A stretch of DNA of 64,000 nt, from assembly GCA_934474225.1 (NCBI GenBank), contig CAKSLU010000003.1, positions 24,691 through 88,690 on the forward strand. Direction: 5' to 3'. Under the pieces are notes generated by a model, which searched no databases, had not been told where the DNA came from, and saw only the letters and a program-made list of their open reading frames with translations. Below, in pieces: positions 1-8,996 of the stretch (its first letter is position 1; each line of letters opens with the position of its first letter). The position numbers and the translations under genes were made by a program. The DNA is from an uncultured Eubacteriales bacterium (lineage in GTDB: Bacteria; Bacillota; Clostridia; Oscillospirales; CAG-272).

Positions 1-124
1 CGCGTCGTAGACCGGCGGAATCGGATGTATTTGTCGCATGGTACACCTCCGAAAAAGAATTGACATTCCGAAAAGATTATAGTATACTGAAGCTGTAAAA
101 TCAAGCAGAGCGGAGGAGTTTACC

Positions 125-658
125 ATGAGATTTTGCGGAAATTGCGGTTCACAGCTTGAGGACGGCACGCGCTTCTGCCCAAACTGCGGCGCGCCGACCC
201 CCGAAGACACCGCGCAGGCAAACGCACAAACCACTGCACAAACCAACACACAGACGCAGACTGATACACAGACACAGACGCAGACCGGCGCTGCGAATAC
301 CGCGCAGAGCGAACCTCTGCATGCAGAGGTCGTGACCCCGACACCGACGCCCGCGCCGAAGACCAACGGCTTTGCAATTGCGGGACTGGTGCTTGGCATC
401 TGCTCGATTCTGTTCGGCTGGCTCTGCTGCTTCAACATCACCTCGGTGCTTGGCATCGTCTTTTCCATCATCGGTCTGTGCCAGACCTCCGGCGGAAAAG
501 GAAACGGCAAAGGGCTTGCCGTCGCGGGACTGGTGCTCAGCATCCTGTCGATTCTGCTGCTGGTCGGCTTCGGACTGCTCTCGCAGGCGTTTGAGGTCTA
601 TTTCAGCCCAAACGGCGACTTTTACCGCATTTACGACGATATTCTTTCGCAGATTTGA
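125..658 (+). CDS. zinc-ribbon / DUF4190-like small membrane protein
   Basis: ATG at 125 follows GGAGGAG (112-118). N-terminal CxxC-x10-CxxC (MRFCGNCGSQLEDGTRFCPNCG), then a Thr/Gln-rich linker and a hydrophobic C-terminal half. Confidence 0.75.
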   Translation: MRFCGNCGSQLEDGTRFCPNCGAPTPEDTAQANAQTTAQTNTQTQTDTQTQTQTGAANTAQSEPLHAEVVTPTPTPAPKTNGFAIAGLVLGICSILFGWLCCFNITSVLGIVFSIIGLCQTSGGKGNGKGLAVAGLVLSILSILLLVGFGLLSQAFEVYFSPNGDFYRIYDDILSQI

Positions 659-748
659 ATTTTGCCCCGACTGCTTTGGCAGTCGGGGCTTTCACATTTT
701 GCCGCGCGGGCGCATATCCTGTACTTGAAAAACCATCGGAGGTGCGCT

Positions 749-2041
749 ATGCTGATTCACATTGTCGAGCCGGGGGAGACTGCCTACGGCATCGCTGCGC
801 GCTACGGCGTCTCGCCCGTGCGGCTGCTTGCGGACAACGGACTGTCCGCGTCGGATACGCTTGCCGTCGGGCAGGCGCTGCTCGTGCTGATTCCCGCCGA
901 GGTGTACACGGTGCAGCCGGGCGATACGCTCTATTCGATTGCCGCCGCCGCGGATACAAGCGTGCTTGCGCTGGTGCAGAACAATCCCTATCTTACGGAT
1001 GCTGACACGCTGCGCCCCGGCGAGAAACTGGTGCTGCGCTATACGGGCGATAAGCGGCGGTCGGTCTACATCACCGGCTATGCCTATCCGTACATCAGCC
1101 GAAATGTGCTGTACCGCGCGCTGCCGTATCTCAGCTACCTCACCATCTTCGGCTACGGCTTCACGGAGGACGGGACACTCATCGGCATCGACGATGTGCC
1201 GTTGATTGAGGCAGCCCGCGCGTTCGGTGCAGCGCCGGTCATGCTGCTGTCCTCGATTACCGAAAGCGGCAATTTCAACAGCGCGCGGGCAAGCCGCCTG
1301 TTCAACGATGCGGCTCTGCAGGCGACGGTGCTCGACAATGTGCTTGCCACCATGCGGGAGAAGGGCTATGCGGGGCTGGACATCGACTTTGAATATATCG
1401 ACCCCGCCGACCGGGATGCGTTTGTCGCCTTTGTTGCGGCGGCGGTCGAAAAGCTCTCGCCCTACGGCTACTTCGTCAACACCGACCTCGCGCCGAAAAC
1501 CTCCGCCGCACAGTCCGGGCTGCTCTATGAGGCGCATGATTACGCCGCGCTCGGTGCAGCGTCGGATACGCTCTTTCTCATGACCTATGAATGGGGGTAT
1601 ACTTACGGACCGCCGCTTGCCGTCGCACCGATTGATCAGGTGCGCCGTGTGGTGGACTACGCCGTCTCCGAAATCGACCCCGCAAAGCTGCTGCTCGGCA
1701 TCCCGAATTACGGCTACGACTGGCAGCTCCCCTATGAAAAGGGCGTCACGGCGGCGCGCTCGCTCGGCAACGAGGAGGCGGTCGCGCTGGCGGCGCGCTA
1801 CGGCGCGGAAATCGAATACGACCCCGTCTCCGCCGCGCCGTATTTCTATTATACCGACGGCGAGGGAAACGCGCATGTCGTCTGGTTTGAGGATGTGCGC
1901 AGCATGCTGGCGTCTTACGACCTGATGGATGCCTACGACCTGCGCGGCGCGGGGTATTGGAATGTGATGCGCCCCTTTGCGCAGAACTATGCCTTGCTGG
2001 CATCGCTCTACGACATCGAAAAGCCGGGATTTACCGCATAA
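749..2041 (+). CDS. LysM x2 - GH18 (chitinase-like) protein, YaaH/SleL-type spore peptidoglycan hydrolase candidate
   Basis: The ORF-track start at 662 is replaced by the ATG at 749, which follows GGAGGTG (738-744). Two LysM-like repeats are present (HIVEPGETAYGIAARYGV, YTVQPGDTLYSIAAAADT). A GH18-like DIDFEY motif lies in GLDIDFEYI. Confidence 0.75.
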   Translation: MLIHIVEPGETAYGIAARYGVSPVRLLADNGLSASDTLAVGQALLVLIPAEVYTVQPGDTLYSIAAAADTSVLALVQNNPYLTDADTLRPGEKLVLRYTGDKRRSVYITGYAYPYISRNVLYRALPYLSYLTIFGYGFTEDGTLIGIDDVPLIEAARAFGAAPVMLLSSITESGNFNSARASRLFNDAALQATVLDNVLATMREKGYAGLDIDFEYIDPADRDAFVAFVAAAVEKLSPYGYFVNTDLAPKTSAAQSGLLYEAHDYAALGAASDTLFLMTYEWGYTYGPPLAVAPIDQVRRVVDYAVSEIDPAKLLLGIPNYGYDWQLPYEKGVTAARSLGNEEAVALAARYGAEIEYDPVSAAPYFYYTDGEGNAHVVWFEDVRSMLASYDLMDAYDLRGAGYWNVMRPFAQNYALLASLYDIEKPGFTA

Positions 2042-2132
2042 ATATCCCCCTGCCTGCGAAATGCGAAAAATGTTGCAGTTATAGACATTATCTGCTATAA
2101 TTAAAGCGAAGAAAGCAGGGAGGAGAAAGCGT

Positions 2133-2804
2133 ATGTCTACGGTTTTCTATAAAGAATGTCACGGCTGCGGCAAACTTGTCCGCTTTTCTTCACCCGAGGC
2201 GCGCTATGATTGGACGCAGCCTTGCCCGTTTTGCGGCGAAATGCTTGTGGACACCGCTTTTACGACCGAGGTGGAATTGTCAGACCCGGCATCGGTCGCT
2301 GCGGCTGGAAAAGAGGAAGAAAAACACAGCTATCAGATTTTTTCGGAATATTTGCTGGGCGATTCGGCAAAAGAACAGCGGTATTTTGCCCGCATTAAAG
2401 AAGAACAGCAAAAGTCTGAACAAAAGCAGGGGCTTTCCCAAAAAGAGAACGCTGTGGCAGGAAAAAAACATCGTATATGGTGGTGGATAGCAGCCATTTT
2501 CGTTGTTTTGGGATTTGTTTCTATGATTCGCGAACAAGGCGCTGAGACTGTCCTTGAAGGAATGTTCTATTGGGCGCTTGCTGCCGGTGTAGCAGTCGTT
2601 ATCTGCTGTATCAAGGAGCTGTTCGCCGCTGCGCCGCCGCGGCGGCGCAGCGGCGGTTCCGACCGCTCAAAGGATGATTGGGTCGTGCGGTATACGGTAT
2701 ATCATGAACTGATGAAGAACGACCACTGCGATTGCCGCCATTCGTCCTCGCATGACTGCGACTGCCATCATTCATCCTCACATGACTGCGATCACCATCA
2801 CTGA
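2133..2804 (+). CDS. Zn-ribbon membrane protein with His/Cys/Asp-rich C-terminal tail (hypothetical)
   Basis: RBS GGGAGGAG precedes the ATG at 2133. The protein has CxxC-x18-CxxC, two hydrophobic helices (IWWWIAAIFVVLGFVSMI, FYWALAAGVAVVICCI) and the tail HCDCRHSSSHDCDCHHSSSHDCDHHH. The region is low in GC. Confidence 0.65.
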   Translation: MSTVFYKECHGCGKLVRFSSPEARYDWTQPCPFCGEMLVDTAFTTEVELSDPASVAAAGKEEEKHSYQIFSEYLLGDSAKEQRYFARIKEEQQKSEQKQGLSQKENAVAGKKHRIWWWIAAIFVVLGFVSMIREQGAETVLEGMFYWALAAGVAVVICCIKELFAAAPPRRRSGGSDRSKDDWVVRYTVYHELMKNDHCDCRHSSSHDCDCHHSSSHDCDHHH

Positions 2805-2976
2805 AAAATCCCGCACAGGTAAATGGTGGGTGGCCATAAAACAGTTAACTGCGGCACTCGAAATAATGTCGAGTGCCGCTTATTTTTTTGAATGCAAAAT
2901 GAACCTTTCGATACTTGAACCCGTCTATATAAGTGAAACCGGTTTGAATCACGCATAGACCAAAGGAGGTGAGGAT

Positions 2977-4248
2977 ATGGATGAATTTGAAACGTTGTTG
3001 GAAGCAGAACGAGTGTCTGTGGAACGTTTTGTTAGATTTCGTTTGAACGCAAAAGCGGATGCAGACGATGTTCTGCAAGAGGTATTCCTTGCTGCTTGTC
3101 AAAAGTTCCCTCAATTAAAAAACCGGGACTCTTTTAAGGCATGGATTATCAGCATTGCAAGAAATAAATGCAATGACTACTTTCGTAAGAAAGCAACGCA
3201 GTACGAAATCCCGATTGATGAAATAACAGAAAGCGAATTGTCAGACGGCAGACATGGCGTTTCCATAGTTGCCGCAGCAAGAGAAACTTTGAATTTACTC
3301 GGTGATAAAGACAAGCAAATCTTGTATCTTTATTTTTGGAAAGGGCTTCCGCAAGCCGAAATTGCCAAACGACTGAACATTCCTGTTGGAACAGTGAAAA
3401 GCAGACTTCACACGGCAAAACAAAATTTCAAAACCAAATATCCATATAACACCGAAATATCGAGAGGAGAAAGCGCAATGAAAAAGCTGCCCGAATTTAT
3501 TCCCGAATACAAAATTGAAGCAAGTGCCAAAGCCCCCTTCTCTGTAAAGTGGGAAGAACTTATGGGCTGGTTTTTGATTCCCAAGCTGGGCGAGAAACTG
3601 TCTTGGGGTATGTACGATATTCCTTCCCGCAAATGCAGCCATGTTTATGATATGCAAGTTACAGGCAAAGCAAAGGTGCACGGCATTGAGGGTGTGGAGC
3701 TTGTCGCAAGAGAAGTATCTTATGCAGATAAGAACGAGGTGATCAACCGTACTTTTGTAGCACAGCTTACAGATACACATTGTCGTTACCTTGCAACACT
3801 CCGAAATGACGGAGACATCCGCAATTACATCACTTTCCTTGACGGCGATGAATTTATGCTGAACTGGGGATTTGGAGAAGATAATTGCGGAAACGAAACG
3901 AACCTTTCCGTTAAAGGTGATATTCAGAGAGTCGGAAACTCAGTTACGAGCGCGAATAAAGATTTTCTCCTTGATATTGTTGGCAGATATACCGTTACCA
4001 TCGGAGGCAAAAGTTATGACACCGTGTGCGTAATGGATATTGAAACCTATAACTGCGGTGTTGTTTCCGAGCAGTTCTTGGACAAAGCCGGAAGGACGAT
4101 TCTGTGGCGCAGATACAATCGTGATGATTGGGCTGTTGACCGATACAAGAAGCCTTGGAGCGAACAGTTGCCCGAAAATGACAGACTTATCGTAAATGGC
4201 ACAACCTACGTTCATTGGTACGATTGCATTACAGACCATATTCTCTAA
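2977..4248 (+). CDS. ECF-type sigma-70 family sigma factor fused to a ~255-aa non-membrane C-terminal domain
   Basis: RBS AAAGGAGGTGAGG precedes the ATG at 2977. Region 2 (DADDVLQEVFLAACQKF...WIISIARNKCNDYFRKK) and region 4 (LPQAEIAKRLNIPVGTVKSRLHTAKQNF) lie in the first ~165 aa. The frame then continues without a stop to 4248. Confidence 0.8.
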   Translation: MDEFETLLEAERVSVERFVRFRLNAKADADDVLQEVFLAACQKFPQLKNRDSFKAWIISIARNKCNDYFRKKATQYEIPIDEITESELSDGRHGVSIVAAARETLNLLGDKDKQILYLYFWKGLPQAEIAKRLNIPVGTVKSRLHTAKQNFKTKYPYNTEISRGESAMKKLPEFIPEYKIEASAKAPFSVKWEELMGWFLIPKLGEKLSWGMYDIPSRKCSHVYDMQVTGKAKVHGIEGVELVAREVSYADKNEVINRTFVAQLTDTHCRYLATLRNDGDIRNYITFLDGDEFMLNWGFGEDNCGNETNLSVKGDIQRVGNSVTSANKDFLLDIVGRYTVTIGGKSYDTVCVMDIETYNCGVVSEQFLDKAGRTILWRRYNRDDWAVDRYKKPWSEQLPENDRLIVNGTTYVHWYDCITDHIL

Positions 4249-4322
4249 AATACAAAATCTTCAGATTGTTAATGGCGCACTTCTATACAGGGCCAATTCC
4301 TGCGAACGCCCTGTGAGACAAA

Positions 4323-4355
4323 CAGCCCGGACTTTCAAGTGTCCGGGCTGTTTTT
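4323..4355 (+). terminator. intrinsic terminator after the ECF sigma gene
   Basis: CAGCCCGGAC-tttcaa-GTGTCCGGGCTG followed by TTTTT. A second, bidirectional hairpin ATCTCCGCATAattgcTTATGCGGAGAT lies at about 4421-4448. Confidence 0.7.
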
Positions 4356-4506
4356 ACGCCATTCTGTTCCGAACAAGGGGCTGTATCTCTTGCGCCGCTT
4401 TCCGGCTATCTGATGCAGAAAATCTCCGCATAATTGCTTATGCGGAGATTTTAACTGTTTTACGAGTACCCGCCAAACGTCCCGTGCGGGATTTTTGCGG
4501 TACTTT

Positions 4507-6357
4507 TTATTTCTTCTTTTCGTGGACGAGCGGCATCTCGGTCATGCGCAGCTTGGCGCAGCCGTAGGGATACAGCGTGGCATCCTCGGGCGCACTGAGC
4601 GCCACGGTGCTCTTCGGCACACGGTCGGCAACCGAATCATAGCCGTCGGCATAGTCCCAGTCAACGCGGCTGAGTTTGGCGCGCAGGGTGAGGCGCGGCG
4701 CCTTGGAGGAGAAGGGAATATCGTCGCCTTTTTCTTCGACGACTTCAAAATCCTTTTCGGCAAAGCCGTAGCGCCACTCGCTGTGCGGCAGCAGCTCATA
4801 GTCGCAGTAGGGGAACTTGCGCACAACGCCGTCGCGCTCGTATTCGCGCTTGCGATATTCGGTCTCAATCGGCAGCGAGAAGACCAGCGGGCCGTACTCC
4901 ACCGCCTTCAGACCGAACGGACGGCTGACCAGATGCGGCGTGTCGCTAAATTCCAGCGTCAGCGTCTCCTCACCGCTCCACTTGCGGTTCAGCGTGACCT
5001 GTCCGCGCGCGGCAAGCGGCTTGCCGCAGAGGGTGACATGCTTGGCAAAGGCGGGGATGCGGATGCTGAGCGCAAAGCGCACCGGCGCGTCGGTCTTCAC
5101 CTTGAGGGTGGCGCTGTGGCGGAAGGGATACTCGGTCTCGCAGGTGACCTTGACGCCGACACCGCCGATGGTGGTCTGCAGGGTGGCGGGCAGCAGCAGG
5201 GCTACATGGATGCCGCGCGCGCCGCGCAGGAAGGTGTGCAGCGCCAGCTTCGGCCAGCCCTGGTTGAAGTTTGCCGTGCAGCAGCCGAAGTGAGGCTCAA
5301 GCCCGAAGATATGCGCGCCCGAACCGTTGGTGCGGAAGAAGGTTTTCCCGGGAAATATCTTGCAGGCAATCTGATTTGTCTGCTGGTCGTACTGGTGCGC
5401 CCACATGTCATCCGTGATGGTTGCGGGCAGGGCGTTGAACGCCGCCTTTTCCAGGCGGTCTGCCCAGACGCGCTTGCCGGTGAGCATATAGAGCACCTCG
5501 CAGGAGTACATCAGCTCCACCACGCTGCACAGTTCGGTGCCGCGGTTGGAATCAATGCCGGACAGGCATTCGTCGCCGGTGAGGGTGCCGACCGCCGTGC
5601 CGTTGTACTTCGTCAGCAGCTTCCAGTAGGCCTCTGCCTGGTCGTCCATGGGAACCTTGCCGAGCATGCGGGCGGTCACCGCCTCGTACTTCAGCATCAT
5701 GCAGAGGTTGACGGTGTGGGTGTACAATGTCCACTTGTTCATGGGGCGCACCCAGGTCTCCGCATACTTGCCGTAGTCTTCGCCCTCGTCTTCCAGCAGC
5801 TGTGCCAGCTCGCGGAGCCATTCCTCCGGCTCGCGGTCGTAGATGAACGCCAGCGGAATCATGCATTCATACCAGCGGAACTTGCCCCACTTGGCAAGGG
5901 CAATGCGTCCGCTCTGCAGCTCCTCATAGAGGCACTTCATCGCGCGGTACAGCCCGTCAAATGCGCGGGTGTAGCGCGTGTCGCGTGCAAATTCGCAGTA
6001 GAGCGCCAGCACCTTGCCGATGAGGAAGAATGCCCAGACATCATAGCCCGCGCGCTCCTCGTCCTTGCAGGGGCAGATCCAGCCGTCCGGCTTCTGCCGC
6101 TCGAGGATGGCGTCGATATACTTGTCGGCGCGCGCAATCAAATCCGCGTCGTCCAGCAGGTGGGCAAGCGGAATGAAACCGTCCAGCCAGTAGGGCACGC
6201 GCTCCCAGCCCTCGCGGTCGCCGCCGATCCAGGCGCTGTCGCGCACATCGGGCCAGATTTTGTCGAGGTTGCCGGAGAGACCGGCTGCCTGAATTTCCAG
6301 CTGGCGGCGCAGCCAGCCTTCCGGCTTTATTTCATGAAAATCAAAATGCTGATACAT
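4507..6357 (-). CDS. GH127/DUF1680-like glycoside hydrolase (beta-L-arabinofuranosidase family candidate), cytoplasmic
   Basis: ATG at 6357 follows AAGGAG. The N-terminus (EGWLRRQLEIQAAGLSGNLDKIWPDV...WIGGDREGWERVPYWLDGFIPLAHLL...QKPDGWICP) matches my recollection of DUF1680/GH127-type proteins. There is no signal peptide. Confidence 0.55.
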   Translation of the reverse strand: MYQHFDFHEIKPEGWLRRQLEIQAAGLSGNLDKIWPDVRDSAWIGGDREGWERVPYWLDGFIPLAHLLDDADLIARADKYIDAILERQKPDGWICPCKDEERAGYDVWAFFLIGKVLALYCEFARDTRYTRAFDGLYRAMKCLYEELQSGRIALAKWGKFRWYECMIPLAFIYDREPEEWLRELAQLLEDEGEDYGKYAETWVRPMNKWTLYTHTVNLCMMLKYEAVTARMLGKVPMDDQAEAYWKLLTKYNGTAVGTLTGDECLSGIDSNRGTELCSVVELMYSCEVLYMLTGKRVWADRLEKAAFNALPATITDDMWAHQYDQQTNQIACKIFPGKTFFRTNGSGAHIFGLEPHFGCCTANFNQGWPKLALHTFLRGARGIHVALLLPATLQTTIGGVGVKVTCETEYPFRHSATLKVKTDAPVRFALSIRIPAFAKHVTLCGKPLAARGQVTLNRKWSGEETLTLEFSDTPHLVSRPFGLKAVEYGPLVFSLPIETEYRKREYERDGVVRKFPYCDYELLPHSEWRYGFAEKDFEVVEEKGDDIPFSSKAPRLTLRAKLSRVDWDYADGYDSVADRVPKSTVALSAPEDATLYPYGCAKLRMTEMPLVHEKKK

Positions 6358-6552
6358 GAGAGTCTCCTTTTTGAATTTTGAATCTGCTCGAATTGCTTTG
6401 TCGTTTTCATATTACCACACCGGGCGGCGGCGTACAATGCATAAATGTACGCAAAACCTTGCAAAAATCACGGAAAGTAAAAATTCTCCTCTTGAAAACG
6501 CGCGAAAAAACTGTTAAAATGGGTATATAAAATCAAAGTGGAGGTGACTCGC

Positions 6553-7305
6553 ATGCTCAGTATGGACAGCCTGCCCGCTTTTCGTTTTTCTTCTTTTCGG
6601 TATTTTGACCCCGGTGAGAAGCATATCCACCGCACATTTCGCGAGGATGTGCTGCTTCTGGTGATGGACGGCGTGCTTCGCTTTGAGGAGGACGGCAACG
6701 CCGTCGAGGTCGGCAGCGGCGAATACTATATTCAGCGGCACGGCCTTGAACAGACCGGCATCGCGGCGAGCAGCACGCCGAAATATTTCTACATTCATTT
6801 TGTCGGCGGCTTCACGCCGACGGCACATATGCTGCCCATCCGCGGGCGCGCGGATATGGCGGCGCTCTTCCCGCTGATGCAGCAGCTCGAGACCCTGCGC
6901 GTCTCCGGCGCGCCTACTGTGCAGAAAAATGCGGTATTTTATCAGATTCTGTCGGAACTGTATAACGCCGCCAATTCCTCACCCACGCGCGAACTGACCA
7001 TGAAGGTGCTGGCTATCGTCTCGCGGGACATGCGCTGCGCGCTCACGCTGGACGACCTCGCGGCGGCGTGCGGCTACAGCCGCAATCACATCATCCATGC
7101 GTTCAAGCGGGAGACCGGCATGACGCCCTATGCCTATATCCTCACGCTGCGCTTGGAGGCAGCCAAGGATCTTCTGCGCAATTCGCAGCTCCCGGTGGAG
7201 CAGGTTGCCGCCGCCTGCGGCTTCGGCAGCTATATCAATTTGTATAAGGAATTCAAAAAACGCGAGCATTGTTCCCCCGCCAAATGGCGCGGCGCAAATT
7301 CGTGA
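6553..7305 (+). CDS. AraC family transcriptional regulator (cupin + HTH)
   Basis: ATG at 6553 follows GGAGGTG, so the ORF-track start at 6538 was trimmed. The C-terminal AraC HTH reads LDDLAAACGYSRNHIIHAFKRETGMTPYAYILTLRLEAAKDLL. The gene is divergent from the GH127-like gene. Confidence 0.85.
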   Translation: MLSMDSLPAFRFSSFRYFDPGEKHIHRTFREDVLLLVMDGVLRFEEDGNAVEVGSGEYYIQRHGLEQTGIAASSTPKYFYIHFVGGFTPTAHMLPIRGRADMAALFPLMQQLETLRVSGAPTVQKNAVFYQILSELYNAANSSPTRELTMKVLAIVSRDMRCALTLDDLAAACGYSRNHIIHAFKRETGMTPYAYILTLRLEAAKDLLRNSQLPVEQVAAACGFGSYINLYKEFKKREHCSPAKWRGANS

Positions 7306-7499
7306 AGTTGCATAAAACACGGCAATTTCAATCTTTGCGCCCGAAAACCTTGCAAAAAACACGATTTGCTTAAAAATAGACGGATGTTGCCTAAACCCTA
7401 TTGATTTCGCCATTTTCCGATGCTACGATGAAACCGTGGATTGCAAAAATCTCTGTTTGCATCACGGCTTACCCAACGCGAAGACGGAGGTAAAGGTAA

Positions 7500-8987
7500 A
7501 TGCGTAAACATATTCTTCTTTCGATTCTGTGCGCGGTATTGTGCGCGGCGCTTGTCGCCTGCGGCGGCGATAAACCCGCAGAGAGCACAACCGAGACAAC
7601 GGCGACGACCGTGCCGGAGGAGGCGGGGGACACCCCCGACCTGCCCGATGCGTCCACGCTTTCGCTTGCGGGCGACTTCCATTTTCTCATCTCCGGCAAC
7701 TGGGCCTGGAATGACTATGAGGCGGACGGCGAGGACGGCACCGCAGTGGACAGCGCCATTTTCCGTCGCAACCGCTATCTTGCCGACAACTACGGCGTGA
7801 ACATCACAAGCAAGGATGTTGTGGCGTATTCCTCCGCTATGGGCGGCGGCACGGGCTTTACCGAGCTGTACACCAACTATATGTCCGGCGACAATGTCTA
7901 TGATGCCGCCATGATCGGCACCTACGATGTGGCAAACCTCGCCTACCAGGGCGTCCTGCAGGATCTGAACGATACGCCCTACGTCAACCTTAAAAAGGAC
8001 TATTGGGACCAGCGCGCCAATGCCGACCTCTCTGTCGGCGGCAGAATGTACTACACCACGGGCGACATCTCGCTCAGCGACAACCGCAGCACGCATGCGC
8101 TGATTTTCAACAAGGAAATGATTAAGATGTACGGGATGGATGACCCGTACGAACTTGTGCGGAACAACGAGTGGACGCTGGACAAATTCGCCTCGATGGT
8201 GAAGCAGGTCGGCGACGATTTGAACAACGACGGCGTCTATAACAAAGAAGACCGCATGGGCCTGCTCTCCGCGGTGGACAACAACCTCGCGATTCTGGCT
8301 GCCGCAGGGGAGAAGATTGCCACGCTCAACGACAAGGGCGAAATCGAACTGACCCTGTACAGCGAGCGCGTAGTCAACCTCTATGACGACTATCTTGCGC
8401 TGATTGAGGATCACACGCATGTCTTCAACTGGCAGATGAACTATCAGGACGGCACCTACGGCAATGTGGCGACCACCGCCGAGCTTGCCGACATGCTCAA
8501 CTCGGACCGCGCGCTGTTCTACTTCCACATGCTGTTCATCATGGACGAGCTGCGCGACCTGGAGACGGATTTCGGCATCCTGCCGTACCCGAAGTATGAG
8601 GCGACGCAGGCGGACTACGGTCACCTGGTCAGCGCATGGCACTCGGAGTTCCTCTGCATTCCGCAGAATGTGAACAGCCTCGAGCGCTCGGGCTATGTCA
8701 CGGAGCTGCTGGCTTACCGGGGCAAAAAGCTGCTGACCCCGGCGTACTACGAAAAGACGCTGGTCGGTCAGTACACGCGCGACGAAGAGAGCGCGGAAAT
8801 GCTCGACCTGATTTTCGCCACGCGCACCTACGATGTCGGCTACTACTATGCGCTCGGCAACTATAAGGATTTGATCGGCAAAATGCCCATCAACCATATG
8901 TCGCTGACGACCATCTACGATACCTATCGCGACATGGCAGAACGCAAAATGGCTGCCATCAACGAGATGTTCAGCCAGACCAAGTAA
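7500..8987 (+). CDS. extracellular solute-binding-protein-like lipoprotein (no adjacent permease)
   Basis: RBS GGAGGT precedes the start. The lipobox is LVACGG. The length and motifs (DYWDQRAN...YYTTGDIS, FGILPYPK) resemble large LplA/LipO-type sugar SBPs. It is a paralogue of the N-terminal part of 25376..27820. Confidence 0.6.
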   Translation: MRKHILLSILCAVLCAALVACGGDKPAESTTETTATTVPEEAGDTPDLPDASTLSLAGDFHFLISGNWAWNDYEADGEDGTAVDSAIFRRNRYLADNYGVNITSKDVVAYSSAMGGGTGFTELYTNYMSGDNVYDAAMIGTYDVANLAYQGVLQDLNDTPYVNLKKDYWDQRANADLSVGGRMYYTTGDISLSDNRSTHALIFNKEMIKMYGMDDPYELVRNNEWTLDKFASMVKQVGDDLNNDGVYNKEDRMGLLSAVDNNLAILAAAGEKIATLNDKGEIELTLYSERVVNLYDDYLALIEDHTHVFNWQMNYQDGTYGNVATTAELADMLNSDRALFYFHMLFIMDELRDLETDFGILPYPKYEATQADYGHLVSAWHSEFLCIPQNVNSLERSGYVTELLAYRGKKLLTPAYYEKTLVGQYTRDEESAEMLDLIFATRTYDVGYYYALGNYKDLIGKMPINHMSLTTIYDTYRDMAERKMAAINEMFSQTK

Positions 8988-8996
8988 GGAGCGGGT

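Noticed and set aside
2977-4248. Splitting the 423-aa ORF into a sigma factor gene plus an anti-sigma gene starting at the internal Met (SAMKKLPEF).
   Set aside because: There is no stop codon in frame between the two parts, no separate SD before the internal ATG that I could identify, and no TM helix of the kind expected for a classical anti-sigma factor.
4495-6381. 628-aa plus-strand ORF covering the whole GH127-like gene.
   Set aside because: It is a mirror-frame ORF of a well-supported minus-strand gene in ~68% GC DNA. Its composition is Ala/Arg/Gly/Val-rich, it has no SD and it has no recognisable motifs. It is a typical high-GC shadow ORF.
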